Of a stretch of 64,000 nt of DNA, positions 38,967-50,279 are shown one piece after another. Made by a program: the position numbers and the translations under genes. Every line of letters starts with the position of its first letter. Position 1 is the stretch's first letter. Below the pieces are notes generated by a model. The model worked only from the letters and a program-made list of their open reading frames with translations. It ran no database searches and was not told the DNA's origin. The DNA is from an uncultured Trueperaceae bacterium (GTDB lineage: Bacteria > Deinococcota > Deinococci > Deinococcales > Trueperaceae): NCBI GenBank assembly GCA_963799485.1, contig CAWCXJ010000013.1:96001-160000 (forward strand). Reading direction: 5' to 3'.

Positions 38967-40727
38967 CTACTTGGAAAGTTTTCGCCACAGGTAAGAACCG
39001 CTCAGCATCGGGTTGACGTAGGTACCTTTTAGGTCGGCGCTTTGTACCAGAAACGGAACGCCTTGCGGCAGCAGCACATAGGTTGAAAGCTCATAGCCGC
39101 GCTCGGCAATCTGGCGGTAGAGTTCGACCCGCTCGGCTTGGTCGAAGCTCGAGCGCGCCTGCTTGTCCCACGCGTCGATCTGCGCGTCGGAAAAATTGAC
39201 CGAGTCGGCGTAGTAGCCGTCGGTCTGGTAAAAGGTGTGCATGTAGTTGTCGGGGTCGGCGAAGTCGGGAATCCAGCCGTTGATGACTACCGGCAACAAA
39301 CCCCGCAAACTCTGGTCTAAAAAGTCGGGCCAGGCCATACCGCGTGTCTGCACCCTAAACTTCGGGTTTAAGAACTCGAGGTTCGACTTGATAATCTCCG
39401 CAACCGTTTGGTGCGCCTGCGTGCCGGTGCTATAGGTAATTGTAAACTGAAACCCGTTTTCCCAGAGTTTGCCACCCCAGGCCGCGCGGCAGGCTTCTTC
39501 AGCCTTTCCGGGGTCGTAGCTGTAGGTCGGCACTTCGGGATCGTAGCCCAGGTAAGAGGGTGGGAGCGCCATCGTCAACTTTTGACCATAACCTTGCAAA
39601 ACTTGGTCGATATAGGCTTGCGGGTCGAACGAGTAGTTGATGCACTTACGCACATTTACGTCGCTGAAAAAGTCTGCCGGGATTCCCTGACCGTCCAGCC
39701 TGCCCGAGCCGAGGTTGGGGTTGTTCTCGGCGACGACCGCCTGGTTCATAAACACGGCGCTGACCAAGGTCGATGACCAGTCGAGGCTCGGATCGGTCGC
39801 TGCGTCACGGATGGTGATATTCGGTTGGCCCTCGACTTGACCAAGAGCAGAACGCTCGATGTCCACGACGTCCGCGTCGCCTTGTTGGAGCGCCAGGATA
39901 CGCGCAGCCTGGTCGTCGACGAGCTGTATCTGCACGTTTTGAAGCTTGGGCGCGCCGCCCCAGTAGTCGGGAAACGCTTCGGCGATGGCGCGGTTGCCGG
40001 TCTGCCAGTTGACCAGTTGGTAGGCTCCCGTACCGCTCATGTTGTTTTGCAGGTACGACTCGCGCAGGTCGGCCCCGACCCACTCGCGCCAGGTCGCCTC
40101 AGAACCGTCCCACATCCCGTTTTCTACCGCCCACGCCTTATCGACGATAGACGCGCCGTAAAAGATCGTCTTGACGAAAAAGGCAGGGTCGGCCTGGGCC
40201 AAATTGAACTGTACGGTGAGGCCGTCCGGCCCGTCGGGACAGGTCACGCTGTTGTCTATGACTTTGTAAAAGTCGGCGTAATCTTGGTCGGTTGCGTCTT
40301 CACCGAGTTCGGCGGCGGCGTTGCCGTAGTATCCGGTTAAGGGCTCCATCAAAATCCAGCCGCCCGAATCGGCGGGGTTGACGACGAGCAGGCGCTCGAG
40401 GGAATACTCGACATCTTTGCACGAGAAGGGATTACCGCTATGAAACATGACCCCGCCGCGCAGCTCAAAGGTAAACGTCAAGTTGTCGTCTGAAACTTCG
40501 TAAGAGGTGGCGAGGCGCGGCTCGAATTCGGTGACACTTTCGCCCTTGTAACCGTAAAGCGTCTCGTAGATATTTTCGATCATTCGGCCCGAGGCGATGT
40601 CATACGCCTGCGCGGGGTCGAGGGTATTGACGTCTGCGGTGGTCTGAACGACGAAGAGGTCTTGCCGCCCCTGGGCGAGTCCGGCGCTCAAGCCGAGGGC
40701 TAAAAGTGCGAGTACGGGCTTTTTCAT
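38967..40727 (-). CDS. Oligopeptide/dipeptide ABC transporter substrate-binding protein (family 5)
   Basis: Signal peptide; TLDPA, IYETL, GTGAYQL, WIPDFADPDN. Confidence 0.92.
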   Translation of the reverse strand: MKKPVLALLALGLSAGLAQGRQDLFVVQTTADVNTLDPAQAYDIASGRMIENIYETLYGYKGESVTEFEPRLATSYEVSDDNLTFTFELRGGVMFHSGNPFSCKDVEYSLERLLVVNPADSGGWILMEPLTGYYGNAAAELGEDATDQDYADFYKVIDNSVTCPDGPDGLTVQFNLAQADPAFFVKTIFYGASIVDKAWAVENGMWDGSEATWREWVGADLRESYLQNNMSGTGAYQLVNWQTGNRAIAEAFPDYWGGAPKLQNVQIQLVDDQAARILALQQGDADVVDIERSALGQVEGQPNITIRDAATDPSLDWSSTLVSAVFMNQAVVAENNPNLGSGRLDGQGIPADFFSDVNVRKCINYSFDPQAYIDQVLQGYGQKLTMALPPSYLGYDPEVPTYSYDPGKAEEACRAAWGGKLWENGFQFTITYSTGTQAHQTVAEIIKSNLEFLNPKFRVQTRGMAWPDFLDQSLRGLLPVVINGWIPDFADPDNYMHTFYQTDGYYADSVNFSDAQIDAWDKQARSSFDQAERVELYRQIAERGYELSTYVLLPQGVPFLVQSADLKGTYVNPMLSGSYLWRKLSK

Positions 40728-40871
40728 GTTCCTCCTTGATGAGAGACGAGACCGACGGGTTACGCGGGCGAACCTTTTTTCTACAACTGATCACCCCCAC
40801 TTGCCGCCGCTGAGTTTACGGTGCTTTTTGCGAGCACCGGGGGCGTCACGAAAGGGGCACAGCAGGCCACC

Positions 40872-41963
40872 TCAAGTCTCAAGGCGGTTGTACCTCTTCA
40901 AAAGAGCTTGGAGCCGGTCGTGCGGCAGGGCGTAGCGGGTGTTGCCACCCTGTCCGGTCATCGTTTCGGCAGCGACGAGGGCGTTGATGACAGCTTCTTC
41001 GGTAGCCTGCACCGTCGCCCGAAAAAGCGGGGTCATCCGGTCGTTACGCAGCATTTGCGCCGCCACTACGCGCTCATCATTTTCTGTCAAAGATGCTGTT
41101 GAAAAGGCGATAAAGAGTTCGCCGCTGCCGTTTTCGGCAACCCCGCCCGTTCGCGCGAGCCCCATGGACACGCGTCGGGCGAGCCGCTCGAGCTGATGTG
41201 GAAACAAAGGTGCGTCGGTGGCAACGACGGCAATCACCGAGCCGTATTCGGAAGGCACGGGCGTTTCCAGCTGCCCGCAGGTGGGGAGGAAGTCGTGAAT
41301 TTCTCGGCCGACCGGAACGCCCGCGACCACGAGGTCGGCGCGTTCGCCGAAGTTAGCCTGAACGAACGCGCCGACGGTGTACGCGCCGTCTTCGACTGTA
41401 AGTCGCCTCGAGGCCGTCCCGTTCCCGCCCTTGAAGCCGTATAAGCCCATACCGGTGCCGCCACCGACGTTGCCCTCGGCGACCGGCCCCGAAGACGCGC
41501 CGTTAAGCGCGGCAAACACGTGCTCTTCTCTCACATGAAAGCCGTTGATATCGTTTAAGAAGCCGTCGTAGGTTTCAGCGACCACCGGCAGTAACCAAGG
41601 TTGTTTCAGCCGACTCGCCGCGACCGCCCACTTGATCGCGGCGGCGTGAACGGCCCCGACGCTGTGGGTATTGGTGATAAAAACCGGCCCCTCGAGCATC
41701 CCCGACTCTTTAACCCAGGCCATCCCGGTCATCTCGCCGTTGCCGTTATGCGAGTAGCCCCCGGCAAAGACGGGTACAGCGGCCCCACGCGTCGGCAAAA
41801 TTGCCGTGACGCCGGTTCGCACCGGGCCCTGTCCGACGACGAGTTTTCCGTCTCCCTCAATAAGCGTCGCGTAACCGACCTCGAGCCCGGCAACGTCGGT
41901 AATGGCGTTTAGGGAGCCCGGCTTGCCCCCAAAAGGAACGCCCAAATCACGCGCTCTAGGCAC
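40872..41963 (-). CDS. DmpA-like aminopeptidase (P1/S58 family)
   Basis: RARDLG, NAITDV, TNTHSVG, EGNVGGGTGM, G-S cleavage site (YGSVI), SGELF. Confidence 0.93.
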   Translation of the reverse strand: MPRARDLGVPFGGKPGSLNAITDVAGLEVGYATLIEGDGKLVVGQGPVRTGVTAILPTRGAAVPVFAGGYSHNGNGEMTGMAWVKESGMLEGPVFITNTHSVGAVHAAAIKWAVAASRLKQPWLLPVVAETYDGFLNDINGFHVREEHVFAALNGASSGPVAEGNVGGGTGMGLYGFKGGNGTASRRLTVEDGAYTVGAFVQANFGERADLVVAGVPVGREIHDFLPTCGQLETPVPSEYGSVIAVVATDAPLFPHQLERLARRVSMGLARTGGVAENGSGELFIAFSTASLTENDERVVAAQMLRNDRMTPLFRATVQATEEAVINALVAAETMTGQGGNTRYALPHDRLQALLKRYNRLET

Positions 41964-42058
41964 TTTCTAGCCTATGCGTAAGCGTACAAACGACACGTCT
42001 GACGAAAGCATATTCGGCTGTACTAAGCACGGTCTACTCCCCCTCGACTTGGTAACGT

Positions 42059-42913
42059 TTACGGTGAAAATGAGATGCTGCTCGCGTTCATGACGGCTCG
42101 GAAGGTGCGGTTAAAGGCGAGGGCGTCGGGAGCCGTGTAGCTGACGGTGCGCTCGCCTGCCCTGGTCACCCCCGGAATGTATAAACACGGGTCAACCCTG
42201 GCTTGATGGTCGAAATCGATTTCTACCGTGCAGTCCGGCGGCAGCGTCCAGGGTTTAGCGTCTGCCACACGCCTTACAGCCTCCTCCGCCCCCTCACGGA
42301 TAAGTGCCTGGGCGCGTTCGGGATGCAGGTGAAGCGCGCTAAAGGTAGCGTAGCCCTGTTTGACGACGACCCCGACGAGCTGTTCGCCAAGTAGCGCCCG
42401 AACCTGCGCGACGGCCTTGTCGTCGCCGGTCACAAGCGTCACCGGAACCCCGAAATGTCCGGCAAGCGCCGCGTTGATGCCGAACTCGCCGGTCGAGAGA
42501 CCGTCGAAGCGCACGTCGTTGACAAAGCCTGTCCAGGTGTGGGCCAGCGGCGCGCCCGGTGTGCCGGCTTTGGCGTGATAGCCGACGTAAAAGATAGCAG
42601 CAACGCCCGCTTCCTGCACACCCTGAACCATACCGAGTTCTTTGTCGTTGCCCGTAATAAAACGAACCTCCGGATGCAGCGCTTCAGGAACGAGGTTACG
42701 CATTCCGTTATGCGAATCGTTGACGATTACCTCGTCGGCACCGGCAGCGAGCGCCCCTTCGACCGCAGCATTGACCTCCTTGGTGAGCCGGGAACGCGCC
42801 CGTTCGTATTCGACCGTTGAAGCGGGCGACGTGCCGTACTCAGGCGGCGTGACCTGTACCCAACTGGTCACGCCGCAGATTCCTTCCATGTCGGCTGAGA
42901 TAAGAATTTTCAT
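42059..42913 (-). CDS. D-aminopeptidase (M55 family, DppA-like)
   Basis: ISADMEG, VNDSH, VGYHA, LAHT, GEFG. Confidence 0.95.
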   Translation of the reverse strand: MKILISADMEGICGVTSWVQVTPPEYGTSPASTVEYERARSRLTKEVNAAVEGALAAGADEVIVNDSHNGMRNLVPEALHPEVRFITGNDKELGMVQGVQEAGVAAIFYVGYHAKAGTPGAPLAHTWTGFVNDVRFDGLSTGEFGINAALAGHFGVPVTLVTGDDKAVAQVRALLGEQLVGVVVKQGYATFSALHLHPERAQALIREGAEEAVRRVADAKPWTLPPDCTVEIDFDHQARVDPCLYIPGVTRAGERTVSYTAPDALAFNRTFRAVMNASSISFSP

Positions 42914-43156
42914 TCAACCTCCTCAAGAAACATCAAAGGTAGACAACACGGAGTAAGGTAACGCCGCAAAGACAGTTGTATACTAGCATACCAGCTGTAG
43001 ACCACTCCGTTTATGACTTCTCCTGCGCCGAATTTTTCCAGGGCCAGAGTCCCATCCTACGGGCTGGGCTGGACGTAGCCGCCAAGCAGGCGCTGAGACC
43101 CGTAAGTGTGGCGCGGCTCGCAGGCTCGAGTACAAAGATTTGGCTCGCTCCGAATA

Positions 43157-43183
43157 GAAGCCCGGGGCGAGAGTCCGGGCTTC
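43157..43183 (-). terminator. Hairpin downstream of the aldo/keto reductase
   Basis: GAAGCCCGG...CCGGGCTTC 9-bp stem. Confidence 0.55.
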
Positions 43184-43199
43184 AGCGTCGTTTAGGTCT

Positions 43200-44198
43200 T
43201 TAGCCGTCCCGCGCGTCCGGCAGCGGCGCAGGTTGGTTGTCCAAAATCTCTTCGATACGGTTCATCACCTCGTCCGAGAGCTTGTCCACAACCTCGAGCG
43301 CTTCCATATTTTGCGCCACCTGCTCGGCCTTACTTGCGCCTGTAATCACCGTCGAGACGTCGGGGTTTTTCAGGCACCAAGCGAGTGCGAGTTGGGCGGT
43401 GCTGCAGCCCAAATCTTCGGCGACTCCGGCGAGCTGCCCAACTTTTTCCAGTTGCGCTTTCGCCTCGTCACTCTGGAATCGTTCGCGGAGCCACTCGTAA
43501 CCGGGCGTGTTGAGGCGGCTGTCATCCGGGATGCCGTCGTTATACTTGCCCGACAAGAGGCCGCTGTAGAGGGGGCTCCAGGTCGTCAGGCCGAGTTTGA
43601 AATCACGGTAGAGCGGTCTGTATTCAGTCTCGACGCGCTCGCGCACAAACATGTTGTATTGCGGCTGCTCCATCAGAGGCGGGACGAGGTGTTCACGGCG
43701 CGCGACTTCATACGCTTGGCGAATCTGCTCGGCCGACCACTCGCTCGTGCCCCAATAAAACGCCAAACCCTGATCTAGCAAAAAGTTCATCGCCCGGACG
43801 GTCTCTTCGATAGGCGTGTGCGGGTCGGGACGGTGGCAAAACACCAGGTCGACATAGTCCATCTGGAAACGTTCGATCGCGGCTTTTGTTCCCTCGATGA
43901 TGTGTTTGCGCGACAGCCCCATGTCGTTCGGACCGTCGCCACCCCAAAAAATCTTGGTCGAAACCACCAGGTCGCTGCGTTTCCAGCCCTGCTTTTTGAT
44001 CACGTTGCCCATCATCGTTTCGGCCTTGCCGCTGCTGTAACCTTCGGCATTGTCGAAAAAATTGACGCCGTGCTCATACGCGGTTGTCATCAATTCGGTC
44101 GCTACGTCTTCACCGATCTGGTCGCCGAAGGTGACCCAAGCGCCGAACGAGAGTGCGGAGACCTTTAGGCCGGAATTGCCGAGATAACGGTACTGCAT
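43200..44198 (-). CDS. Aldo/keto reductase (Kv-beta-like)
   Basis: [36 protein letters not shown]. Confidence 0.95.
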   Translation of the reverse strand: MQYRYLGNSGLKVSALSFGAWVTFGDQIGEDVATELMTTAYEHGVNFFDNAEGYSSGKAETMMGNVIKKQGWKRSDLVVSTKIFWGGDGPNDMGLSRKHIIEGTKAAIERFQMDYVDLVFCHRPDPHTPIEETVRAMNFLLDQGLAFYWGTSEWSAEQIRQAYEVARREHLVPPLMEQPQYNMFVRERVETEYRPLYRDFKLGLTTWSPLYSGLLSGKYNDGIPDDSRLNTPGYEWLRERFQSDEAKAQLEKVGQLAGVAEDLGCSTAQLALAWCLKNPDVSTVITGASKAEQVAQNMEALEVVDKLSDEVMNRIEEILDNQPAPLPDARDG

Positions 44199-44406
44199 GT
44201 GTCCTCCTTGGCGTTTGAAAAGAAAGGTATATGTGCTTTCAAGAGCGCCGTAAATGTACAACGTTATGAACTCTAACGCGCTCAGCTGAACTTGCTGAAG
44301 CGCACGCTACAACCGAAAGCGTGACCGGAGAACGTAAACCCGCTTACACACCTCATGATTTACGGCACGAAAAATGGATTTCGGACGGGCTCGAGCCTTA
44401 CCCCAC

Positions 44407-44787
44407 CTAGAACGCTTCAGTGCCTGCTTGGTCTTGCTCACCCATACCGCCGCTGACCCCCACCGCGCCGACGACCCGCCCGCCTCGTTTAAGCGGGATA
44501 CCGCCCGCAAAAATCACGACTTTGCCGCCGTTCGAGGCGTGAATCCCGAAAAACTGATCGCCCGACTGACTACTGGCTGCCAGGTCTTTTGTCGGGAGGT
44601 CAAACGCGCGAGCGGTGTAGGCCTTGTTGACCGAGTCGATGCTGCCCAACCAGGCGTTGTCCATCCGCACGTGGGCGACGAGGTTGCCGTCTTCGTCGGC
44701 GACGGCGATGTTCAGCGGTTGACCGATTTCGGCAGCTTTTTTCCCGGCAGCGGCGATAACTCTGCGGGCGTCCTCGAGTGTGACCAT
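44407..44787 (-). CDS. GlcG/HbpS family heme-binding protein (slightly eroded)
   Basis: NIAVADEDG, RMD, NKAYTA, AGGIPL, GAVGVSGG. Confidence 0.85.
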   Translation of the reverse strand: MVTLEDARRVIAAAGKKAAEIGQPLNIAVADEDGNLVAHVRMDNAWLGSIDSVNKAYTARAFDLPTKDLAASSQSGDQFFGIHASNGGKVVIFAGGIPLKRGGRVVGAVGVSGGMGEQDQAGTEAF

Positions 44788-44932
44788 CTTCAGCTCCTTC
44801 AGCGCCTAAGCCTGTCACGGACACAGCGTTCCAAGCCGGACGTTGGCCTCGGGCGGCCTTACGCAGTACGTTAGGCAGCACGCCATACAGCGCCGTGCTG
44901 CAACCTCACCCCGAAAGCGGGTATAAACAGGG

Positions 44933-46870
44933 ATGCCCAAACTCAAGGCAAAACACCTTCTCGAGCTGACCTTCGTTTCCGACGCGCAGCTCAGCCCGGA
45001 CGCGCAGCAAGTCGTTGCCGTCGAGACGACGATCGACCAACCGAACAAGGACAAACCCCCCGAATACCGAAGCCAGCTGTTTCTTTACGGTGCCAGGAAC
45101 GAACCGCGCCGGCTGACCTACAACGCCAGGAACACGCAGCCACGTTTTAGCCCGGACGGAACCCGCTTGGCGTTCGTATCGACGCGCGCTGACGGGGCTA
45201 AACCGCAGCTCTGTGTGTTGCCCCTAAACGGCGGCGAAGCCCAAACCCTGACCGAGTTCAAGGCGGGGGTAGACGAAATCGTCTGGCACCCTTCAGGCGA
45301 GAAGGTGGCGTTTTCTTCACGGGGCGACGTTGAAGACGAGGCGGTCAAAAGGGGTGACCCGCGCGTTATCGACCGGGTGTTTTACAAGGGTGACGGCGTG
45401 GGCTTTCAGCCTACCGAACCTGCCCAGGTCTATCTTTACGACCTGAAGACCCAGAAGGCCGAAAAGCTCACCAAGCTTAAAAGCAGCCCCGGCAGCCTGA
45501 CGTTTAGCCCGGACGGTAGCCTGCTCTACTTCGTCGGGGCCAAAGATGCCGACGCCGAGGACGCCTGGGAGAGCAGCGTGTGGGTGTGCGACGCGTCGGG
45601 CGGCAAACCGCAGCAGCTCGCCCCGAACCTCACCCACGTTTTTGCCGTAACGCCGAGCCCTGACGGAACCCAGCTGGCGCTGTTGGCGGCGACCGACCAG
45701 GACAACTTCGCCGGCCCGACCGGGCTCTGGTTGGCTCCGGCTAAAGGGGGTGACGCAGTGCTTTTAACCGGCGACCTCGAGACCGCTCCCGGCATCGGCG
45801 GCGACGCGCAGTACGGCAGCTATCCCAACGCCCCGGCTTGGGCCGACGATAAAAACATCTTTGTCAACGTCAACCAAGAAGGGCGTAGCGGCGTCACCAG
45901 AGTAAGCGTAACCGGGCGGCTGCGCGCCGTGCAAAAGGGCAACCGCGCCGTAACCGGATTTCACTGTCAGGCCGGGCGTTTTGCCTTTACCGCCGAGACT
46001 CCGGACAAACCCGGCGAGGTTTTTTTCCGCGACGCGCGCGGTAAAGAAACGCAAGTGAGCCGGGCGAATACCGCCTTTATCGAAACGCACAAACTCGCCG
46101 AGGCAAGCCCAAAGCGGCGCGCCAAAGCCAGCGGCGGCCCCAAACTCACCTACTGGACGCTCTCACCCCGCAAACCCCGGAAAGACCAGGCGCTGGTCTT
46201 GCAAGTTCACGGCGGGCCGCACACCAATTACGGCTACGGCTTTTACTTCGAGTTCCAGCTCTTGGCGGCGCAGGGCTACACCGTCGTGTACGGCAATCCG
46301 AGAGGCTCGAGCAGTTACGGCGCGGACTTTACCACTACCGTCCAGGGACGTTACGGAACCCTCGACGCCGCCGACGTGCTGGCGATAGCTGGTGCGGCGC
46401 GGGCTGCCCACACCGACCCGGACGCCCCCTTGCACCTTACGGGCGGCTCTTACGGCGGTTTTATGACGAACTGGCTCGTCACCCAGACCGAGCTGTTTCG
46501 TTCGGCGGTGACGCAGCGCAGCATCTGCAACTGGGTGTCGTTTTACGGTACTTCAGACGTCGGCTACGGGTTTACCGCGCAAGAAATCGGCGGCAATCCG
46601 TGGGACGACCTCAACAAGCTCTGGCAGCAGAGCCCGCTCAAATACGTTGCCGACGTTTCGACGCCGCTGCTTATCATTCACGCCGACGAAGACCAGCGCT
46701 GCCCGGTCGAACAGGCCGAACAGCTCTTTGTCGCGCTTAAACGCCTCGGCAAAAGGACGCAGCTCGTCCGCTTTCCGGGTGAAGGGCACGAACTCTCGCG
46801 TTCGGGTCGTCCTGATCGCCGGGTGGCGCGGCTGGGGGCCATTTTGGACTGGTTTGACGCGCACGCTTGA
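44933..46870 (+). CDS. S9 family peptidase (acylaminoacyl peptidase-like)
   Basis: beta-propeller SPDG repeats; HGGPH, NPRGS, GGSYGG, DQRCP, EGHEL. Confidence 0.95.
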   Translation: MPKLKAKHLLELTFVSDAQLSPDAQQVVAVETTIDQPNKDKPPEYRSQLFLYGARNEPRRLTYNARNTQPRFSPDGTRLAFVSTRADGAKPQLCVLPLNGGEAQTLTEFKAGVDEIVWHPSGEKVAFSSRGDVEDEAVKRGDPRVIDRVFYKGDGVGFQPTEPAQVYLYDLKTQKAEKLTKLKSSPGSLTFSPDGSLLYFVGAKDADAEDAWESSVWVCDASGGKPQQLAPNLTHVFAVTPSPDGTQLALLAATDQDNFAGPTGLWLAPAKGGDAVLLTGDLETAPGIGGDAQYGSYPNAPAWADDKNIFVNVNQEGRSGVTRVSVTGRLRAVQKGNRAVTGFHCQAGRFAFTAETPDKPGEVFFRDARGKETQVSRANTAFIETHKLAEASPKRRAKASGGPKLTYWTLSPRKPRKDQALVLQVHGGPHTNYGYGFYFEFQLLAAQGYTVVYGNPRGSSSYGADFTTTVQGRYGTLDAADVLAIAGAARAAHTDPDAPLHLTGGSYGGFMTNWLVTQTELFRSAVTQRSICNWVSFYGTSDVGYGFTAQEIGGNPWDDLNKLWQQSPLKYVADVSTPLLIIHADEDQRCPVEQAEQLFVALKRLGKRTQLVRFPGEGHELSRSGRPDRRVARLGAILDWFDAHA

Positions 46871-47063
46871 CTGTTGCCGGTACCCGCCTCACCCTGTGAA
46901 ATTCTCCACATCCGCCGTCCTAAACACAACCCAGCTGATTTCTTGTGTCGGTTGTGATGCGTGTTCTATGATTACGGTGCTACCTTAGCGCCATGAAGCT
47001 TCTAAGCGTAATACCAGAAACGGCACCGGGTATATCACAGTCGGACGAGTCAGGGGAGTGGAG

Positions 47064-48239
47064 ATGAGTACTGATAAAGTTGTGGTTACGACGTTTGTCA
47101 AGAACCTGCTCGGCGGCGGTGCCGAGCGCGTCGCCGTCAATCTGCTGCAAGGTTTGCCCCGCGACGTCTTTACCCAAGAGCTGGTGATGGTCGACGCCTG
47201 GGGGCCCTTTTTAGAACAGGTTCCGGAAGACGTCAAACAGACCAATCTGGCGCTTGGTCACAACGTTTCCAGTGCTATTGTGCCCCTCGTACAGTATTTA
47301 CGGCGGCGTAAACCCGACGTACTTATCTCGCACCTCGCTCACGCCAACGTTGCCGCGGTCGTCGCTGCGGCCTGCGCCCATACGGGAACTCGGGTCGTCT
47401 TGGTCGAGCACAACGACAACTCTTCGGTCGATCAAAAACGGACGCGCTCGGCGGCGAGTAAAGCGCTGCAAGGGTTCAAGTCGCTGGCGTACCGGCGCGC
47501 CGACAAGATCGTAGGCGTTTCCGAAGGGGTCACCGGCTATGTAGGCCGCACCTTTAACGTGCCTGCCCAAAAGCTCGCGACGATCTACAATCCGGTCGTC
47601 AGCGAGGCGCTGCTGGAGCGTTCACGGCGGCCGCTGGCGCACCCGTGGTTTGCCGCGGGGCAACCGCCGGTTCTCTTGGCGAGCGGCCGCTTACGCGAGC
47701 AAAAAGACTTTAGTACGCTCTTAAGAGCGTTTGCCCAGGTCAGGCAGGCGCGCGCGTGCCGCCTTATCATTCTCGGTGAGGGTGCTTTGCGGGCTGAACT
47801 CGAGGCCGAAGTCGCCGCGCTCGGCCTTCAGGCCGATGTGTCGCTCCCCGGTTTCGTCGAAAACCCTTACGCCTACATGCGCGCCGCTTCGCTCTTTGTC
47901 CTCTCGTCGCGTTGGGAAGGTCTGCCGACGGTCTTGGTCGAGGCGATGGCGTGCGGGTGTCCGGTCGTTGCGACCGACTGCCCGAGTGGGCCGGCGGAGA
48001 TTTTAGAAGGCGGCCGGCTCGGCCCGCTCGTCGAGGTTGCCAATCCTGCCGCCCTCGCACAAGCGATCCTCGAGACGCTCCAGACCCCGGTGCCGCGTGA
48101 ACAGCTTGCGATTAGGGCCGCGCACTTCTCGTTCGAGAACGCGATTGCAACCTATACCCAGCTGCTTTCGGTCAAGGCCCGCGCAGCGGGGGCAGTTACG
48201 GTTTTGCCCGACGCCTACGCCGGACGTAAAGTCGCCTAG
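47064..48239 (+). CDS. Glycosyltransferase family 4
   Basis: GGGAER, GRL..QK, SSRWEGLPTVLVEAMACG. Confidence 0.93.
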   Translation: MSTDKVVVTTFVKNLLGGGAERVAVNLLQGLPRDVFTQELVMVDAWGPFLEQVPEDVKQTNLALGHNVSSAIVPLVQYLRRRKPDVLISHLAHANVAAVVAAACAHTGTRVVLVEHNDNSSVDQKRTRSAASKALQGFKSLAYRRADKIVGVSEGVTGYVGRTFNVPAQKLATIYNPVVSEALLERSRRPLAHPWFAAGQPPVLLASGRLREQKDFSTLLRAFAQVRQARACRLIILGEGALRAELEAEVAALGLQADVSLPGFVENPYAYMRAASLFVLSSRWEGLPTVLVEAMACGCPVVATDCPSGPAEILEGGRLGPLVEVANPAALAQAILETLQTPVPREQLAIRAAHFSFENAIATYTQLLSVKARAAGAVTVLPDAYAGRKVA

Positions 48240-48272
48240 TCGCCCGCCTGCTGCTCCTTTGACCACCGCTAT

Positions 48273-48710
48273 CTACTGCTCCGGGCGCGACTCGCCTTGT
48301 AACGTCGCGCTCAGCGTCCGGCTGCCGCCGTGGTTGCGGTGTTCGCACAAGTAGATACCCTGCCAGGTACCGAGTAGCAGCGCCCCGTCTTTGACCGGGA
48401 CGGTCAGGGAAAAGCCCAAAAGCGAGCCCTTGAGGTGGGCGGGCATATCGTCGGAACCCTCGAGGGTGTGTTCGTAATACGGTGCATCTTCGGGTACCAA
48501 CACGTTAAAGTGCCGCTCGAAGTCGGCGCGAACGTCGGGCGAAGCGTTTTCGTTTAACGTCAGGCTCGCCGAGGTGTGGTGGATAAACAGGTTCAAGAGC
48601 CCGGTGCGGATGTTGCGAAGTTCGGGTAGCTGCGCGGTCACCTCGCGGGTGATGAGGTGAAAGCCCCTGGGTTTGGGCGGCAAAGAAAAGGTCTTTTGTG
48701 TCCAGGTCAT
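48273..48710 (-). CDS. yjbQ: YjbQ/UPF0047 family protein
   Basis: [29 protein letters not shown]. Confidence 0.93.
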   Translation of the reverse strand: MTWTQKTFSLPPKPRGFHLITREVTAQLPELRNIRTGLLNLFIHHTSASLTLNENASPDVRADFERHFNVLVPEDAPYYEHTLEGSDDMPAHLKGSLLGFSLTVPVKDGALLLGTWQGIYLCEHRNHGGSRTLSATLQGESRPEQ

Positions 48711-48828
48711 GTTGACAAACTATCTGCCGGCACGCCAAGCTGTTACGCTCGGCGCTACATGAATATCCACCACCGTTCTGCTGTTTTGCGCCGCTCATCT
48801 CGTCACGTCTGTAAGCGAAGAATCAGCA

Positions 48829-49818
48829 TTAGAGCCGCCGCAGGTAAACCCCCGTCGCACGGTGACCCGGCCCTTTTTCCAGAATAAGCCGCGCCCGTTC
48901 ACGGGTCGGCGCGATGTTTTCACGCAGGTTGAGCAGGTTGATGTCTTTCCAAATCTGCGCCGCCGTCTTCTGTGCTTCGGCAGTAGGTACCTTGGCAAGG
49001 TGATGAAAGTACGACGCCGGATTCTGAAAGGCCGTCTCCTTGAGTTTCATAAAACGCGCGGTGTACCACTCCAAAAGCTGCGCTTCACCCGCGTGCACAT
49101 AGATAGAAAAATCGAAAAAGTCCGAAACGAACACCCGGTCGCCTGCGCCGTCGCCACGCCCAAAGACGTTTAGGCCCTCCAAGATGACGATATCGGGCCT
49201 CGAGACCTTGACCTCGAGCCCCGGTACGATGTCGTAACTCAGGTGTGAATACACGGGCGCGCTCGCCTCAGCCCCCGATTTGATGTCGGCAACGAAGTGC
49301 AGCAGCCGCCGCTGGTCATAACTTTCAGGAAAGCCCTTGCGCTGCATTAAACCGCGCGCCGCCAACACCCGGTTGGGGTACAAAAAGCCGTCGGTCGTAA
49401 CCAAATCGACTTTGGGATGGTCGGGCCAGTGAGAGAGCAGCGCCCGCAACACCCTCGCCGTCGTACTTTTACCGACCGCGACGCTCCCCGCCAGCCCGAT
49501 GACAAACGGCACCATCCGCGCGGGTTTGCCCAGAAAGGCGTCGGTGACCTTAAACAGCGCTTGCGCCTTGGCGACGTAGAGGTTGAGGAGGCGTGAAAGC
49601 GGCAGATACACCTCGGCCACCTCGTCTAGCGACAGGTCTTCGTTGAGACCTCTGAGTTCGTCCAAGTCTTCTTTAGAGAGTGTAAGCGGCGTCGCGTCGC
49701 GCAGCGCCGCCCAAGCCGCACGGTCGAAGTGCATATAGGGGGAGGGCATATAGGTCAGCTTACTGTTTCGGCCGAGTTTGTTTTGGCCAAGTTTTATGTC
49801 TGCGCGGTCGGTGGACAA
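48829..49818 (-). CDS. coaA: Type I pantothenate kinase
   Basis: [40 protein letters not shown]. Confidence 0.97.
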   Translation of the reverse strand: MSTDRADIKLGQNKLGRNSKLTYMPSPYMHFDRAAWAALRDATPLTLSKEDLDELRGLNEDLSLDEVAEVYLPLSRLLNLYVAKAQALFKVTDAFLGKPARMVPFVIGLAGSVAVGKSTTARVLRALLSHWPDHPKVDLVTTDGFLYPNRVLAARGLMQRKGFPESYDQRRLLHFVADIKSGAEASAPVYSHLSYDIVPGLEVKVSRPDIVILEGLNVFGRGDGAGDRVFVSDFFDFSIYVHAGEAQLLEWYTARFMKLKETAFQNPASYFHHLAKVPTAEAQKTAAQIWKDINLLNLRENIAPTRERARLILEKGPGHRATGVYLRRL

Positions 49819-50279
49819 TTACTCCGCGTTCGTTGGCACTTTCGGTCACCTCTCTCACCGTAGACGCGCGTGATACCGACTTGGGGCGGCGTGACAAGGT
49901 GGTAGCGCAGATTCAAAAAGACCTCGAGGCAAGCTCGCAAAAAAGAGGGGTTGAAGCCGAAGACTTGAAGGCCAAAGCACGCGTTAGCCGCGTTTATCAC
50001 GACACCTTGTTGATGACCCGCGTGTGTCCGGGATGATTTTTATTTTGTCTCAAAACGGCTACAGAACGGTTATGGAACGGTTATGGTCACTGCCCGGACG
50101 AGTACAGCCGTCCGGGAAAGCTTACCCAAGGCGGGTGGGTGCTGATGCGGACGCTGGCGGCACTTGCGGAAGTAGCACGTCAGCCTGTACCGCTGATGCG
50201 TTCGCCTGGTGCCTTGAAACACGCGTCCTTGCGTGAGTCAGCCTCAACGATGCACAATGAAAGGGTAGAGGAGGACGCT

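Noticed and set aside
49833..50036. 67-aa ORF divergent from coaA
   Set aside because: It starts within the coaA initiation region and has no recognisable motif
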